64,000 bases of DNA from an uncultured Gammaproteobacteria bacterium (lineage in GTDB: Bacteria > Patescibacteriota > Patescibacteriia > XYB2-FULL-38-15): positions 741,595-805,594 of the forward strand of contig OZ246416.1 of the NCBI GenBank assembly GCA_965231095.1, written 5' to 3'. Position numbers and translations under genes: made by a program. Below the pieces are notes generated by a model that had not been told where the DNA came from, did not search any database, and saw nothing but the letters and a program-made list of their open reading frames with translations. Within the stretch, counting starts at the first letter, position 1. The number at the start of each line of letters is the position of its first letter. Positions 1 through 10,067 of the stretch are shown here, in pieces.

Positions 1-2
1 CC

Positions 3-653
3 TCTGGGGCCGGCGGAACAAATTTCGGAGTTTACGGTGACGTAACTTCCGCGGCAGGTTGGGCGGGATATTTTACCGGTGGTAATGGACTTTATGCTTC
101 AAGATTTAGCATTGCCGATACAACGAGCGCAACAGCCTACAACACGATTGGCGCTCCCGGGGCGACGCATACGGCAGCCGGAGAAATTGAAAACGCGTCA
201 GATCTTTTTATCGCTGATGATTTGGAAATCGGCGGCACTGGTTGGTCAACCGGTGGTTATACTGACTTGGCGGAAATGATTGCCTACACGGGAGTTGGCG
301 AGGCCGGCGACCTGATTGTGATTGATAAAAATAGCGACAACACGGCAAAAATTGCGACCGAGCCATACGACAAAAGTGTTTTGGGAGTAATTTCCGAAAA
401 ACCGAGTTTGGTTATTACTGGCGGAATCAAGGAAGGAAAATTGTTGGCTATAGCCGGGAGAATTCCGACCAAGGTGTCAAACATAAATGGCGCAATCTAT
501 CGCGGAGATTTATTGACAACATCTTCGCTTGCTGGTTACGCCATGAAAGCGACCGAAGCCGGACCAATTGTCGGCAAGGCATTGGGCGAGTGCAATGAAA
601 GAGAATGTAATATCTGGGTTTTCTTGAATGTTAGTTGGTACGGTGGGAATTAG
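3..653 (+). CDS. hypothetical Gly-rich protein, C-terminal fragment (5-prime end outside window)
   Basis: The frame is open from window start with no in-frame start or stop before 222. The translation is Gly/Thr-rich and adhesin/tail-fibre-like and ends at 653. The track ORF 222..653 is only the portion after the first TTG. Confidence 0.45.
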   Translation, partial: SGAGGTNFGVYGDVTSAAGWAGYFTGGNGLYASRFSIADTTSATAYNTIGAPGATHTAAGEIENASDLFIADDLEIGGTGWSTGGYTDLAEMIAYTGVGEAGDLIVIDKNSDNTAKIATEPYDKSVLGVISEKPSLVITGGIKEGKLLAIAGRIPTKVSNINGAIYRGDLLTTSSLAGYAMKATEAGPIVGKALGECNERECNIWVFLNVSWYGGN

Positions 654-735
654 AGGTTGGAAGATAGAAGTTTGAAATTTAGAAAAATAGCTCCTCGCCC
701 AACGGCGGGGAGTTTTGTTTATGATAAGATGAGGA

Positions 736-764
736 TTGACAAAAGGCAAAAAATGTGTTATTAT
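736..764 (+). promoter_or_regulatory. sigma70-like promoter, TTGACA-17-TATTAT
   Basis: Exact TTGACA at 736-741, 17-nt spacer, TATTAT at 759-764. It lies upstream of a GC-rich leader and the lipoprotein ORF. Confidence 0.5.
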
Positions 765-928
765 AAACTGTAAAATTAAGGAGTGGAGATTAGGTGAAAT
801 TGGCGCTAAAATTAGCCATTTTCGGGTGATCTTCACAAAGATGTGAACAACCGTTCCGCCAACGTGCGGAACAAGGCCGCCTTCGTCCCGCGATGCGGGA
901 CTTCGGCAAGCCAAGGAGGGCTTGACAA

Positions 929-1555
929 ATGAAGAAGGGAACGACGATGATCGTGGCGCTCGGGTTCGTGTTTCTCGGCGGTTGCTACGAGAGCTACCAG
1001 CGGTACGGTACGGACATGACGCCGCTCGAGACCTGCGTGGTCGCGGTGACCACGAATGCGCTGGACGGCGCGGACGTCACGGTCGACGGTGAGCCGATCG
1101 ACGGCGAGGTGGAACTCGCGGTTGGCTCGACACACACCTTCGCCGCTTCGGCGATCGGATACTTCCCGACAAGCGTGGTTGTGGAAGTGGCCGACGAGTG
1201 TGCACCGGTCGAGATTCAGCTCCTGCCGAACCTGAACGGCTGGTACGACCTCGTGCTTGATGGCCGGAGCTACCGTCGGTTCACGATGCAGATCCGCCAA
1301 GATGAGGGGAGCGAAGACCTCGTCGCCGACATCTGGCGGGAGGGAACTCCTGCGTCGGAACATCCCTACCAGCATTTCGCCGGCGCCGTTACCTACGACA
1401 GGGATGTTCATCTCCTCTCCGAAGATTCTGCGAGGCTGGATCTTTGGGGGGTGTGGACGCCGCCACGTCTCGGTGGGATCGCTCGGATCGGGGGCGGATT
1501 CAACTACCTGTCCACTGATGAGGACGGCGACTGGCTCGCCGAGTCGCGGCCGTAG
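929..1555 (+). CDS. GC-rich lipoprotein (signal peptide with LGGC lipobox), unknown function
   Basis: N-terminus is MKKGTTMIVALGFVFLGGC. Codon usage is strongly G/C-ending, unlike neighbours. Own promoter, SD AAGGAGGG and downstream hairpin terminator. Confidence 0.6.
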   Translation: MKKGTTMIVALGFVFLGGCYESYQRYGTDMTPLETCVVAVTTNALDGADVTVDGEPIDGEVELAVGSTHTFAASAIGYFPTSVVVEVADECAPVEIQLLPNLNGWYDLVLDGRSYRRFTMQIRQDEGSEDLVADIWREGTPASEHPYQHFAGAVTYDRDVHLLSEDSARLDLWGVWTPPRLGGIARIGGGFNYLSTDEDGDWLAESRP

Positions 1556-1572
1556 CATCGGTCGCACTCAAA

Positions 1573-1632
1573 CCGGCATCTGGCAGAACGTTTGCAAACA
1601 AGCAACGTCTCTGTCAGGTGCCGGACTTTTTT
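1573..1632 (+). terminator. intrinsic terminator-like hairpin plus T-run
   Basis: ccggcatctggcag...ctgtcaggtgccgg followed by TTTTTTATT. Confidence 0.4.
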
Positions 1633-1982
1633 ATTAACTGGCCAAAAATTTTGGAGCCGCAGGCGAAAAAAATTTTTCTGGCAGTTAATAACCCCGTTAG
1701 AAGTAAAGGTTATTAAAACAGATAAACAAAATAATTTTAATAAAATATTCTTTGCTCCGCCGAGAGGGTGGATTTACATAAACTTCTAATGGGGTATTTC
1801 CGCCCTCCCCTCACCCCTCCCATCAAGGGAGGGGAATTTAAATTGTGGATGAAATTTTTCTTGACTTAATTTTTATGTTATAATTACTTAATATAAATTA
1901 AATGCGGTACGGAGGAATGTGAATTAACATGCGAGTAAAATTATATGTTCGCATGCATTCGTATATTCGCATCGCATAAATT

Positions 1983-4331
1983 ATGAATACCCTCGCACAC
2001 ATCTGTGACAAATTGGTAAAAATTTGTCTTTCTCTTTTGGTTTTTGTTTTGCCGATTTTCTTTTTGCCGTGGACTTTTGAGGCGTTGGATTTTAATAAAC
2101 AAAATCTGCTTGTTGTTTTGACACTGCTCGCCGGCCTGGCTTGGCTTGGAAAAATGGTGGCTTCAAGGCAAGTTATTTTACGCCGCAGTTTTTTGAATGT
2201 CCTTATTCTGGTGTACGCGGCGATTTATACTCTTTCAACAATTTTTTCTCTGGATAAAATCAGAAGTTTTATCGGCTCTTCCGGTTTGGAAAAAGAGGGG
2301 CTTGTGACAGTTCTCTGTTTCGTAGTTTTGTATTTTGTTATCATCAACAATTTCCGCGACATGAAGGCGGTGAAAAATTTGCTTTATTCATTTCTTTTGG
2401 GCGCGGGACTTGTGACTATCTGGACATTGCTTTCTTTCTTGGGCGTCTTGCCCGCCTTGCTTGTCCCAAGCCAGGCTCTAAATTCAGTGGGTACGCTAAA
2501 CGCCCTGGGAGTTTTTCTTGCCGCCGCGTTTGTTTTGCTTTGCCCCTTGTTTTTGGGCGGTGAGGCGGAAAAGGCGGCTGGCCGTAAAAAAGCCCTGATC
2601 ATGAATATCGTGATGGCAATTTTTGCCGCGTTCATGATTTTTATTTTAGCAACAATTGATAACTGGACAGTTTGGACAATATTTATTCCGGCAGTTGCTT
2701 TGGTTTTAGCTTTTGCGATAATCCGGGCTCATGAAATAAAAAATTTGGGGTGGTTGTCTTTGCCTATGGCGGCGTTTGTCGTGGCGGTTTTATTATTTTT
2801 TATCAATACGCCAATCACTTCGCGGCTTCCGGCGGAAATCATGCCGTCTTTTTCCGCGAGTAGCGGGATTGCAAGGGATACTCTTCGCGAGTCGCCGCTT
2901 TTGGGGTCGGGGCCCAGCACTTTTGTTTTTGATTATGCAAAGTACAAACCGGCCGGCGTTAATGAAACCCAGCTTTGGGATGTAAAATTTGACCGCTCCG
3001 CTTCAAGAGTTTCAACCATGCTTACAACCACCGGGCTTTTCGGAATTATTTCATGGTTGTTCGTGGTTGTTTTTGTCGGCGTTTTGTTTGTTTCAAATTT
3101 AATCAAGGAAAAATCCGGAGTGTTGTGGCTGAATCAGTTGGCGGTTGGGTCAGCGTGGTTTGCCCTGCTCCTTGGAAAATTTCTCTATTCTTCAAATTTG
3201 ACTTTGGAATTTTCTTTTTGGATCTTGACGGCGATTTTGGTGGTAATGACTTCGCATAAATTCTGGGAAATTTCTTTGGGGAGCGCGCCTCGCGTTTCCT
3301 TGATCTTGTCTTTTATTTTGGCAATGGGTTTGATTATCGCGGCTTCATCTTTTTATCTTATTGGCGAACGATACGCGGCTGACGCGAAGTTTGTCCAGGC
3401 GATAAACTCTTTCAATAAAGGAGAAGAATTAAGCAAGGCGACAGAACTTTTGAATCAAGCGGCGTTGTTGAATCAACGCAACGATGTTTATCTCAGAAAT
3501 TTGGCGCAAAGTTTACAGGCGGAAATTAGTCAAGAATTGTCTTCGGAGGCAACAGAGGAAAATGTGAAAAAAATTCAGGATCTGGTGGCGGCGGATATTA
3601 ATGTAGCCAAGCGCGCGACAGAAATTTCTCCAAAAAATTCCGCCAACTGGGCGGCTCTGGCATCAATTTACCAAACGGTTATGCCGATTATTTCCGGAGC
3701 GGACGAGTGGGCGATAGCTTCCTGGCAGAAGGCAATTGAGCTTGAACCGACGAGTCCTTATCTCTATGCCGAGCTGGGAAAAACGTACGCCGCTCTCGCC
3801 GATTTGCTCGCGCCGAATCTCCAATCAAAAGATGATAAAGTTAAAGCCGAGGCCGAAACAAAAATTAAAGAAAATTTAGCCAAAGCCGAAGAGCAACTCA
3901 ACAAGGCGATTGAAACAAAGACTGATTACGCGCCGGCTCATTTTGAACTGGCCATGGTCTATAGCCGGCAGGGGAAGATAGAGGAGGCGATTAAAAAACT
4001 TGAGGCGATCAAAGCTGATCTGCCGAGCGACATTGGCGTGGCGTTTCAGCTCGGACTTCTCTACGCGCAGAATAAAGAATTGAATAAAGCCGTTGCCGAA
4101 CTAGAACGAGCCGTGGAGCTTGCGCCGGCTTTTGCCAACGCTCGTTGGTATTTGGCCGCGATTTACGAAGAGCAGGGCAAGAAAGATTTAGCACTCAGAG
4201 AGCTGGAAGAAATTTTAAAGACCAATCCGGATAACGAAATTGTAAAACAAAAAATTGACGCTCTGAAAAATCCGCCGGCTCCCGGCGCGGCATTGCCGGA
4301 ACCAATTTCTGAAGCAACGCCGGCCGAGTAG
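1983..4331 (+). CDS. polytopic membrane protein with C-terminal TPR repeats (O-antigen ligase/polymerase-like)
   Basis: Roughly 12 hydrophobic segments in the N-terminal 450 aa. The C-terminal about 300 aa are TPR-like repeats (AxxLxxAxxL, YxxLG patterns). Confidence 0.55.
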   Translation: MNTLAHICDKLVKICLSLLVFVLPIFFLPWTFEALDFNKQNLLVVLTLLAGLAWLGKMVASRQVILRRSFLNVLILVYAAIYTLSTIFSLDKIRSFIGSSGLEKEGLVTVLCFVVLYFVIINNFRDMKAVKNLLYSFLLGAGLVTIWTLLSFLGVLPALLVPSQALNSVGTLNALGVFLAAAFVLLCPLFLGGEAEKAAGRKKALIMNIVMAIFAAFMIFILATIDNWTVWTIFIPAVALVLAFAIIRAHEIKNLGWLSLPMAAFVVAVLLFFINTPITSRLPAEIMPSFSASSGIARDTLRESPLLGSGPSTFVFDYAKYKPAGVNETQLWDVKFDRSASRVSTMLTTTGLFGIISWLFVVVFVGVLFVSNLIKEKSGVLWLNQLAVGSAWFALLLGKFLYSSNLTLEFSFWILTAILVVMTSHKFWEISLGSAPRVSLILSFILAMGLIIAASSFYLIGERYAADAKFVQAINSFNKGEELSKATELLNQAALLNQRNDVYLRNLAQSLQAEISQELSSEATEENVKKIQDLVAADINVAKRATEISPKNSANWAALASIYQTVMPIISGADEWAIASWQKAIELEPTSPYLYAELGKTYAALADLLAPNLQSKDDKVKAEAETKIKENLAKAEEQLNKAIETKTDYAPAHFELAMVYSRQGKIEEAIKKLEAIKADLPSDIGVAFQLGLLYAQNKELNKAVAELERAVELAPAFANARWYLAAIYEEQGKKDLALRELEEILKTNPDNEIVKQKIDALKNPPAPGAALPEPISEATPAE

Positions 4332-4405
4332 GAGTTGAGAGGTGATTGACAATTTTGGGGGTTAAATGTAATCTAGAAAAACCTCCTGCCAGGATTTTTG
4401 GACCT

Positions 4406-4476
4406 GGGCCTATAGTATAGTAGTAAAACGCCTCCATGGCATGGAGGAGTCGAGGGTGCGATTCCCTCTAGGTCCA
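4406..4476 (+). tRNA. tRNA-like gene, probably tRNA-Ala(GGC); atypical D-arm
   Basis: 7-bp acceptor stem with G3:U70. Anticodon stem CCTCC/GGAGG with loop ATGGCAT (anticodon GGC). T-arm GAGGG-TGCGATT-CCCTC. The D-region does not fold canonically. Confidence 0.45.
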
Positions 4477-4529
4477 TAGATTCCGGCGGGAGGTTTTTAA
4501 ATTGGTGCTGACAACTAATAACTAAAATT

Positions 4530-5624
4530 ATGTCTTTCAAGGTCGGGATTGTTGGTTTACCAAATGTTGGGAAGTCAACCCTTTTTAAAGCGTTGACTCG
4601 TAAGCAGGTGGACATTGCCAATTATCCCTTTTGTACGATTGAACCAAATGTCGGGACGGTCGCCGTGCCTGATTTTCGTTTACAAAAATTGAATGATTTT
4701 TATAATTCAGCAAAAATCGTCCCGACCGTGATTGAATTTGTGGACATTGCCGGTTTGGTAAAGGGAGCGCACGAAGGTCAGGGTTTGGGAAATAAATTCT
4801 TGTCGCATATTAGGGAAGTTGATGCCGTCTGCCAGGTGATTCGGGCATTTGAAGATCCAAATGTAATTCACGTGGACGGAAAAATTAATCCCGTTTCTGA
4901 TTTGGAAGTTATAAATTTGGAATTAATTTTTGCCGACGAAGATTCAGTGAAAAAACGGTTGGCGAGTCTAGAGAGCGAGCTTAAGAGCGGAAAAGAAAAA
5001 AATCTTTTAAAAACCAAAGAGACGCTTTTAAAAATTAAAGATGGTTTGGAAAAGGGAGTAATGGCTGCGGGGCTGGGGCTTGATTCGGAAGAAAAGTTTT
5101 TAGTGAAAGAATTGAATTTGTTATCTTTGAAGCCGGCGCTTTATGTATTAAATGTGGCCGAGGAGGATACCAAGGCGGATAAAAATGAAATTATAAAAAA
5201 ATTTAATTTGCCGCTTGATTCGGAAAAAGTAATTTTGGTGTCGGCGAAAATTGAAGCGGAGCTGGCCGAGCTTCCGCCCGAAGAGGCAAAAAATTATTTA
5301 AAGGAATTGGGGTTGGAAGAGTCGGGTTTAGATAAACTGATTCGGGCAAGTTATCATGAATTAAATTTGATTACATTTTTTACCGCCGGACCGAAGGAAG
5401 CCCATGCCTGGACGATTGTCCGGGGAACCTCGGCGCCGCAGGCCGCCGGGAAAATTCATTCTGATTTTGAACGGGGATTTATCGCGGCGGAAGTTATTAA
5501 TTGGAAAGATTTATTGGATGCCGGTGGCGATGTCGGCGCGAAAGAAAAGGGGCTGATTAGGTTAGAGGGGAAAGAGTATGTGATGAAAGATGGGGAGGTG
5601 GTGGAATTTAGATTCAATGTATAA
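4530..5624 (+). CDS. ychF: ribosome-binding ATPase YchF
   Basis: N-terminal GIVGLPNVGKSTLF P-loop, Obg-like GTPase fold, and TGS-like C-terminus with conserved IHSDFERGFIAAEV motif. Confidence 0.93.
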   Translation: MSFKVGIVGLPNVGKSTLFKALTRKQVDIANYPFCTIEPNVGTVAVPDFRLQKLNDFYNSAKIVPTVIEFVDIAGLVKGAHEGQGLGNKFLSHIREVDAVCQVIRAFEDPNVIHVDGKINPVSDLEVINLELIFADEDSVKKRLASLESELKSGKEKNLLKTKETLLKIKDGLEKGVMAAGLGLDSEEKFLVKELNLLSLKPALYVLNVAEEDTKADKNEIIKKFNLPLDSEKVILVSAKIEAELAELPPEEAKNYLKELGLEESGLDKLIRASYHELNLITFFTAGPKEAHAWTIVRGTSAPQAAGKIHSDFERGFIAAEVINWKDLLDAGGDVGAKEKGLIRLEGKEYVMKDGEVVEFRFNV

Positions 5625-5630
5625 TAAAAA

Positions 5631-5659
5631 AATCTCCTCGTTTGACGAAGAGATTTTTT
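5631..5659. terminator. bidirectional intrinsic terminator
   Basis: atctcctcg-tttga-cgaagagat hairpin flanked by an A-run and a T-run. Confidence 0.5.
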
Positions 5660-5667
5660 AGTAAAAT

Positions 5668-6897
5668 TTATTTTTGAGTGAAAATTAGTATTTCTCTAAA
5701 AACTTTTTGGTCGGGGCGGAAGTAAAGAATGGAATTGCGCGGAGTGGTTTCTAAAAATGGGTATTTTTTAAATTCTTCGGGTAGTGGGTCGGCAACGGTA
5801 AAGCCGATTTTTTTTATTTCATCAATAATAGGTAAAAAGAAATCCTGCTTTTCTGTATGGAAAACCGGGAAGAGCATAACGATTTTGCCGGCAGGTTTAA
5901 GAATTTTTTTAAATTCCCGGAAAGCGGCAAGATATAATTCCGAAAGTTCTTTGATAATTTGTTGAATTTTTTCCGGCGGCTCGTTACCGTGAAGAGGCGG
6001 GCCCAAGTACGGCTCGGTGACAATGGCATCAACTGATTGTGGTGGAAGCTTTTTGGATAATTCCCGAACATCCGTTTCGATTAACTGATAACCGTCGGCA
6101 GATAACTGATAACTATTTTTTAGCCATTCCAAGTTTTCTTTTGCTCCGGCTAAAGTTTCAGCGTTAATATCCGAACCGATTAAATTTTCATAGCCCCAAA
6201 GTAGAGCTTCTTCCAAAATTGTTCCAAAACCGCAAAAGGGATCGATGATAGCGGAATCTTTTTTAACTTGCGCAAAATTTAACATTGTTTTAGCGAGTTT
6301 GGGCGGCATTAAGCCAACGCGCATGCTTCGAGCCGGCCGGCCGTAGTCGCGGAAACTCAAATCTTCAAATTCTTGGACAGCCAAGGTTTTGCCAAAATAA
6401 ATTTTTTCTTTTCCAATTAAAAAAACCAATTCAGCGCCGGCCTCAGTCAGTAATTTATTTTTTTTCACCACCACGGAACTTAAATTATCTTCTCTTGAAG
6501 TCACCCACCTGGCTTGAATTTTTATGCCCTTAAGCAAATTTTTGATTTCCATCGCCTGATTTTTTATTTTCTGACTTTCTTTTTTAAGATGCGCGGTGGA
6601 AACAGATTCTTCCAATTTGTAAAAACTAAAACCAAAATAGATTTTTTTAGCTGGAGAGTTTTTCAAAATTTCGGCGATATCTTCCGCGGAGATATCGGGC
6701 GATTCTTCTAGAATTTTCCCAAACTTTAGCGTGCCGCCGAGGCGGGACATAATTTCTTCGGCCGGAAGTTCATTTTTAACGTCAACCACGGCGGCTTGGG
6801 CTGTGAGGTGTAAAAATTTTGCTTGGTTGCCTAAAACCGCGCCGAGCTCGGCGCCCGATAAAGTTGGATTTCTGCCTAAAATAAAGAAGTATTTCAT
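5668..6897 (-). CDS. THUMP-type RNA methyltransferase (class I SAM MTase, DPF/CGFGT and NPPY-like EPYLG motifs)
   Basis: Motifs DPFCGFGT and TEPYLG are typical of the RlmL/Trm14 family. The start is chosen at MKYFFILG (6897); the track ORF extends to 6969. Confidence 0.65.
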   Translation of the reverse strand: MKYFFILGRNPTLSGAELGAVLGNQAKFLHLTAQAAVVDVKNELPAEEIMSRLGGTLKFGKILEESPDISAEDIAEILKNSPAKKIYFGFSFYKLEESVSTAHLKKESQKIKNQAMEIKNLLKGIKIQARWVTSREDNLSSVVVKKNKLLTEAGAELVFLIGKEKIYFGKTLAVQEFEDLSFRDYGRPARSMRVGLMPPKLAKTMLNFAQVKKDSAIIDPFCGFGTILEEALLWGYENLIGSDINAETLAGAKENLEWLKNSYQLSADGYQLIETDVRELSKKLPPQSVDAIVTEPYLGPPLHGNEPPEKIQQIIKELSELYLAAFREFKKILKPAGKIVMLFPVFHTEKQDFFLPIIDEIKKIGFTVADPLPEEFKKYPFLETTPRNSILYFRPDQKVFREILIFTQK

Positions 6898-7065
6898 ATT
6901 GCCAATAATTGTTAATTTTCGCGAATGGCGCGAATTTGATTTTATTGTATTATACCATTTATGGGGCATCTTGCGTAATTTTTGAGGTTATGATAAAGTT
7001 GTAGAAACTAATTTTAGATCTCCGCGTAAAATCTGCGTTTAGATCTGCTTACATTATATATTAAT

Positions 7066-7509
7066 ATGAAACACTACGAATTATTGTACATCCTCCCCGG
7101 AAAATACACCGAGGAAGAGATGGAGGGCATCAGCGTAAAAATCAATGAATTAGTAAAAAAGCACGGCGGGGAAATTACCTCATCCGATAATTTAGGTTCA
7201 AAAAAATTGGCCTATCCTATTGGTGACGCCCAGGTAGGAAATTATTTAGTTGTGGAATTTAACAACGAGCCGGAAAATATCAAAAAACTCGGAGGGGAAT
7301 TAAAGTTAACTCCCGAAGTTTTGCGATTTGCCATTGTTTTTAAAAAGTTAAAAACCCAAGAAGAGATAGAGGCGGAAAAAGTTAGAAAAGAAAAAATGGC
7401 GGCCAGAGATTTAAAAAAGGAAGAGGAAAAAACAGAGTCGGCGCCAAAAGTCAGTTTAGAAGAATTGGATAAGAAGCTCGGAGAAATTCTTGAAGGAGAT
7501 ATTATTTAA
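7066..7509 (+). CDS. rpsF: 30S ribosomal protein S6 (with acidic/Lys-rich C-terminal extension)
   Basis: MKHYELLYILPG ... GNYLVVEF. Conserved rpsF-ssb-rpsR arrangement. Confidence 0.9.
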   Translation: MKHYELLYILPGKYTEEEMEGISVKINELVKKHGGEITSSDNLGSKKLAYPIGDAQVGNYLVVEFNNEPENIKKLGGELKLTPEVLRFAIVFKKLKTQEEIEAEKVRKEKMAARDLKKEEEKTESAPKVSLEELDKKLGEILEGDII

Positions 7510-7536
7510 AACAACTAACAGCTAACGTTTAACCTT

Positions 7537-7989
7537 ATGAATTTAAATAAAGCGATGATTATCGGAAACGTCACTCGCGACCCGGAGGTTAAAACAACTC
7601 CTTCCGGTCAGAGCGTAACTTCTTTTTCCGTGGCGACCAACCGTGTTTGGACAAACGCCCAAGGACAAAAACAAGAGGCGGTAGAATATCATAATATCGT
7701 CGCCTGGGGAAAGTTGGCGGAAATTTGCGGGCAGTATTTAAATAAAGGTAAAAAGATTTACGTTGAAGGGCGGCTTCAGACACGGGATTGGCAGGGGCAA
7801 GACGGGGTGAAAAGATATAAAACCGAAATTGTCGCCGAGAATATGATTATGTTGGACCGCGGCGGCGCCGCGGGGGGCGCGGGAGGCGGCGAGCGGGTAA
7901 CGTCTGCGGCAAGCCAACCGGCGGAAGAGCAGGGTCCGGCCGAAGAACCGCAAGAAGAAGAAATTAAAGTTGAAAATATTCCTTTTTAA
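7537..7989 (+). CDS. ssb: single-stranded DNA-binding protein
   Basis: OB-fold N-terminus (MIIGNVTRDPEV...YHNIVAWGKLAE), Gly-rich linker and acidic tail ending IPF. Confidence 0.9.
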   Translation: MNLNKAMIIGNVTRDPEVKTTPSGQSVTSFSVATNRVWTNAQGQKQEAVEYHNIVAWGKLAEICGQYLNKGKKIYVEGRLQTRDWQGQDGVKRYKTEIVAENMIMLDRGGAAGGAGGGERVTSAASQPAEEQGPAEEPQEEEIKVENIPF

Positions 7990-8039
7990 TTTTGCAAAGA
8001 CGCAAGGAGCCGCAGAAATAAAAAACGCGGCGTAAAATT

Positions 8040-8306
8040 GTGTCAAAGAATAAAAAAATAATAACTATGATGAGACGTCAAAATACAAGCGCAACAGCTG
8101 CCACAAAGAAGGCCTGCTATTTCTGCGCCACAAATGTTAAGGAGATTGATTTTAAAGATGAAACAACTCTCAAAAAATTTATTTCATCTTACGGAAAAAT
8201 TGTTCCGCGCCGAAGAAGCGGGGTTTGCTCCAAGCATCAGCGCAAATTGGCCCTGGCGATAAAACGCGCGAGAATTCTCGGGATTTTACCTTTCACAAAT
8301 AAGTAA
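8040..8306 (+). CDS. rpsR: 30S ribosomal protein S18
   Basis: CYFC...IDFKD...LKKFIS..GKIVPRRRSGVCSKHQRKLALAIKRAR. The start may be at 8067. Confidence 0.85.
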   Translation: MSKNKKIITMMRRQNTSATAATKKACYFCATNVKEIDFKDETTLKKFISSYGKIVPRRRSGVCSKHQRKLALAIKRARILGILPFTNK

Positions 8307-8381
8307 TATGGCAAAGAGATAAAATCCACTCTTTAAAACCGGAGTGGATTTTGTAATGAGTTAAGCGAAAAAAGAAATTTT

Positions 8382-9455
8382 ATGGCGCCTAATTGGATGA
8401 TGCTAAAAAAAGAAAAAGCGCGGCAAGAAAAATTTTTTATAAGAGCAAAGATCCTTTCATTGATCAGGGATTTTTTCAAAAAAGAAAATTTTTTGGAAGT
8501 GGAGACACCAAGCCTTGTAAAACTTCCGGGAATGGAGCCGCATCTTGACCCGCTGAAGGTTTTTGCGCCGGCCTCGGGCGGCCGAGAGGAGGGTTACCTC
8601 ATAACTTCGCCGGAATACGCCATGAAAAAAATTTTGGCGGCGGGGTTTAAAAATATTTTTCAGATTTGTAAAAGTTTTCGCGGAGGGGAGGCGGCGGATA
8701 AATTACATAATCCAGAATTCACGATTTTAGAGTGGTACCGAGCGCGCGCTGATTACGAGGATATAATGTATGACGTGGAAAATTTATTTAAACACATAGC
8801 CATCAATTTAAATTTAAACGAACGTGCAAATTCAAAATTCAAAATTCAAAATTCAAAATTACAGATCAAATATCAAAATCAAAAAATAGATTTAACGCCG
8901 CCCTGGCCGAGATTGACAGTGAAGGCCGCATTCAAAAAATATGCTAAAATAGATTTAGATAAAGCGCTGACTCGCGAATCAATGGCGCAAGCGGCAAAAG
9001 AGAAGGGTTATGATGTTTTTGGAGATGATAGTTTTGATGATATTTTCTTTAAAATATTTTTGAGTGAAATCGAAGCCCGTTTGGGCCGGGGAAAGCCGAC
9101 AATCCTTTATGACTGGCCCGCGCGGATGGCGGCGTTAGCTCGTCTTAAAAAGAACGATCCGCGGTATGCCGAAAGATTTGAAGTTTATATTGGCGGGCTG
9201 GAATTGGGGAACGCCTTTTCGGAATTGGTGGATTCGGCCGAACAGCGGGGGAGGCTGGTCGCGGAAAGAAATTTAAGGAAAAATTTGGGAAAAGAAATTT
9301 ATGATATTGATGAGGATTTTTTGAGGGCGCTTCAAGATGTCCCTCCCTCCGGCGGAATAGCTATGGGAATTGATCGAATTGTGATGTTATTTACCGACGC
9401 GAAAAGCATTGATGAAATTTTATTTTTTCCAGCTAAGGAAATTTTCAAATCTTAA
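8382..9455 (+). CDS. epmA: EF-P lysine ligase EpmA (PoxA/GenX, truncated class II LysRS paralog)
   Basis: Class II aaRS core motifs (ETPSL, FRGGEAADKLHNPEFT, GGIAMGIDR). No anticodon-binding domain. Immediately upstream of efp. Confidence 0.8.
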   Translation: MAPNWMMLKKEKARQEKFFIRAKILSLIRDFFKKENFLEVETPSLVKLPGMEPHLDPLKVFAPASGGREEGYLITSPEYAMKKILAAGFKNIFQICKSFRGGEAADKLHNPEFTILEWYRARADYEDIMYDVENLFKHIAINLNLNERANSKFKIQNSKLQIKYQNQKIDLTPPWPRLTVKAAFKKYAKIDLDKALTRESMAQAAKEKGYDVFGDDSFDDIFFKIFLSEIEARLGRGKPTILYDWPARMAALARLKKNDPRYAERFEVYIGGLELGNAFSELVDSAEQRGRLVAERNLRKNLGKEIYDIDEDFLRALQDVPPSGGIAMGIDRIVMLFTDAKSIDEILFFPAKEIFKS

Positions 9456-9485
9456 ATCTAAAATCTTAAATCTAAAATTAAATTT

Positions 9486-10052
9486 ATGGCTTCAACGCAA
9501 GACATTAAAAGAGGCGTGGTAATTTTATGGAAAAATGATCCGCATCTGGTAACGGAATTTGAACATATTATGCCGGGCAAGGGCTCTGCTTTTGTGCGGA
9601 CAAAATTAAAAAATTTAAAAACGGGAAAAGTTTTAGAAAACACCTTTAAGGTTGGTGAAAAAATTGACTTGGTTGATTTGGAAAAAAGAAAAGTCCAATA
9701 TCTTTACGCGAGTGGGGATAAGTTCGCTTTTATGGATAATAATACTTATGAGCAATTTGAATTGGGCGTTGAGGTTTTGGCGGGGTTTGAAAAATATTTG
9801 AAAGAAGGGTTGGAAATTGTTTTACTTTTTTCCGATGGAACGCCGATTACCTGTGAATTTCCCAAAAAGATTTCTTATAAAGTCACCGAGGCCGATCCGG
9901 GCGTGAAGGGTGACACGGCTTCCGGACGGGTGACAAAAGAAGTTACCATGGAAACCGGTTTAAAAATTCGCGCGCCGCTTTTTATCAAAGAAGGGGATAT
10001 GGTTGTGGTCAATACTGAAACCGGTGATTACGCGGAAAGGGGAGGAGAATAA
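9486..10052 (+). CDS. efp: elongation factor P
   Basis: Three-domain EF-P with KPGKG loop (MPGKGSAFVRTKLKN). Confidence 0.92.
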   Translation: MASTQDIKRGVVILWKNDPHLVTEFEHIMPGKGSAFVRTKLKNLKTGKVLENTFKVGEKIDLVDLEKRKVQYLYASGDKFAFMDNNTYEQFELGVEVLAGFEKYLKEGLEIVLLFSDGTPITCEFPKKISYKVTEADPGVKGDTASGRVTKEVTMETGLKIRAPLFIKEGDMVVVNTETGDYAERGGE

Positions 10053-10067
10053 AAATTGGAAAATTAA

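Noticed and set aside
79-279. ORF 79..279 (+), 66 aa
   Set aside because: It lies in a different frame entirely inside the open frame that runs from the window start to 653. It has no RBS and a low-complexity translation. The long frame is the real partial gene.
833-1567. 244-aa ORF on the minus strand
   Set aside because: It is antisense to the GC-rich lipoprotein gene 929-1555. Long antisense ORFs are expected in GC-rich DNA. It has no RBS or promoter, and the translation is Arg/Pro-rich.
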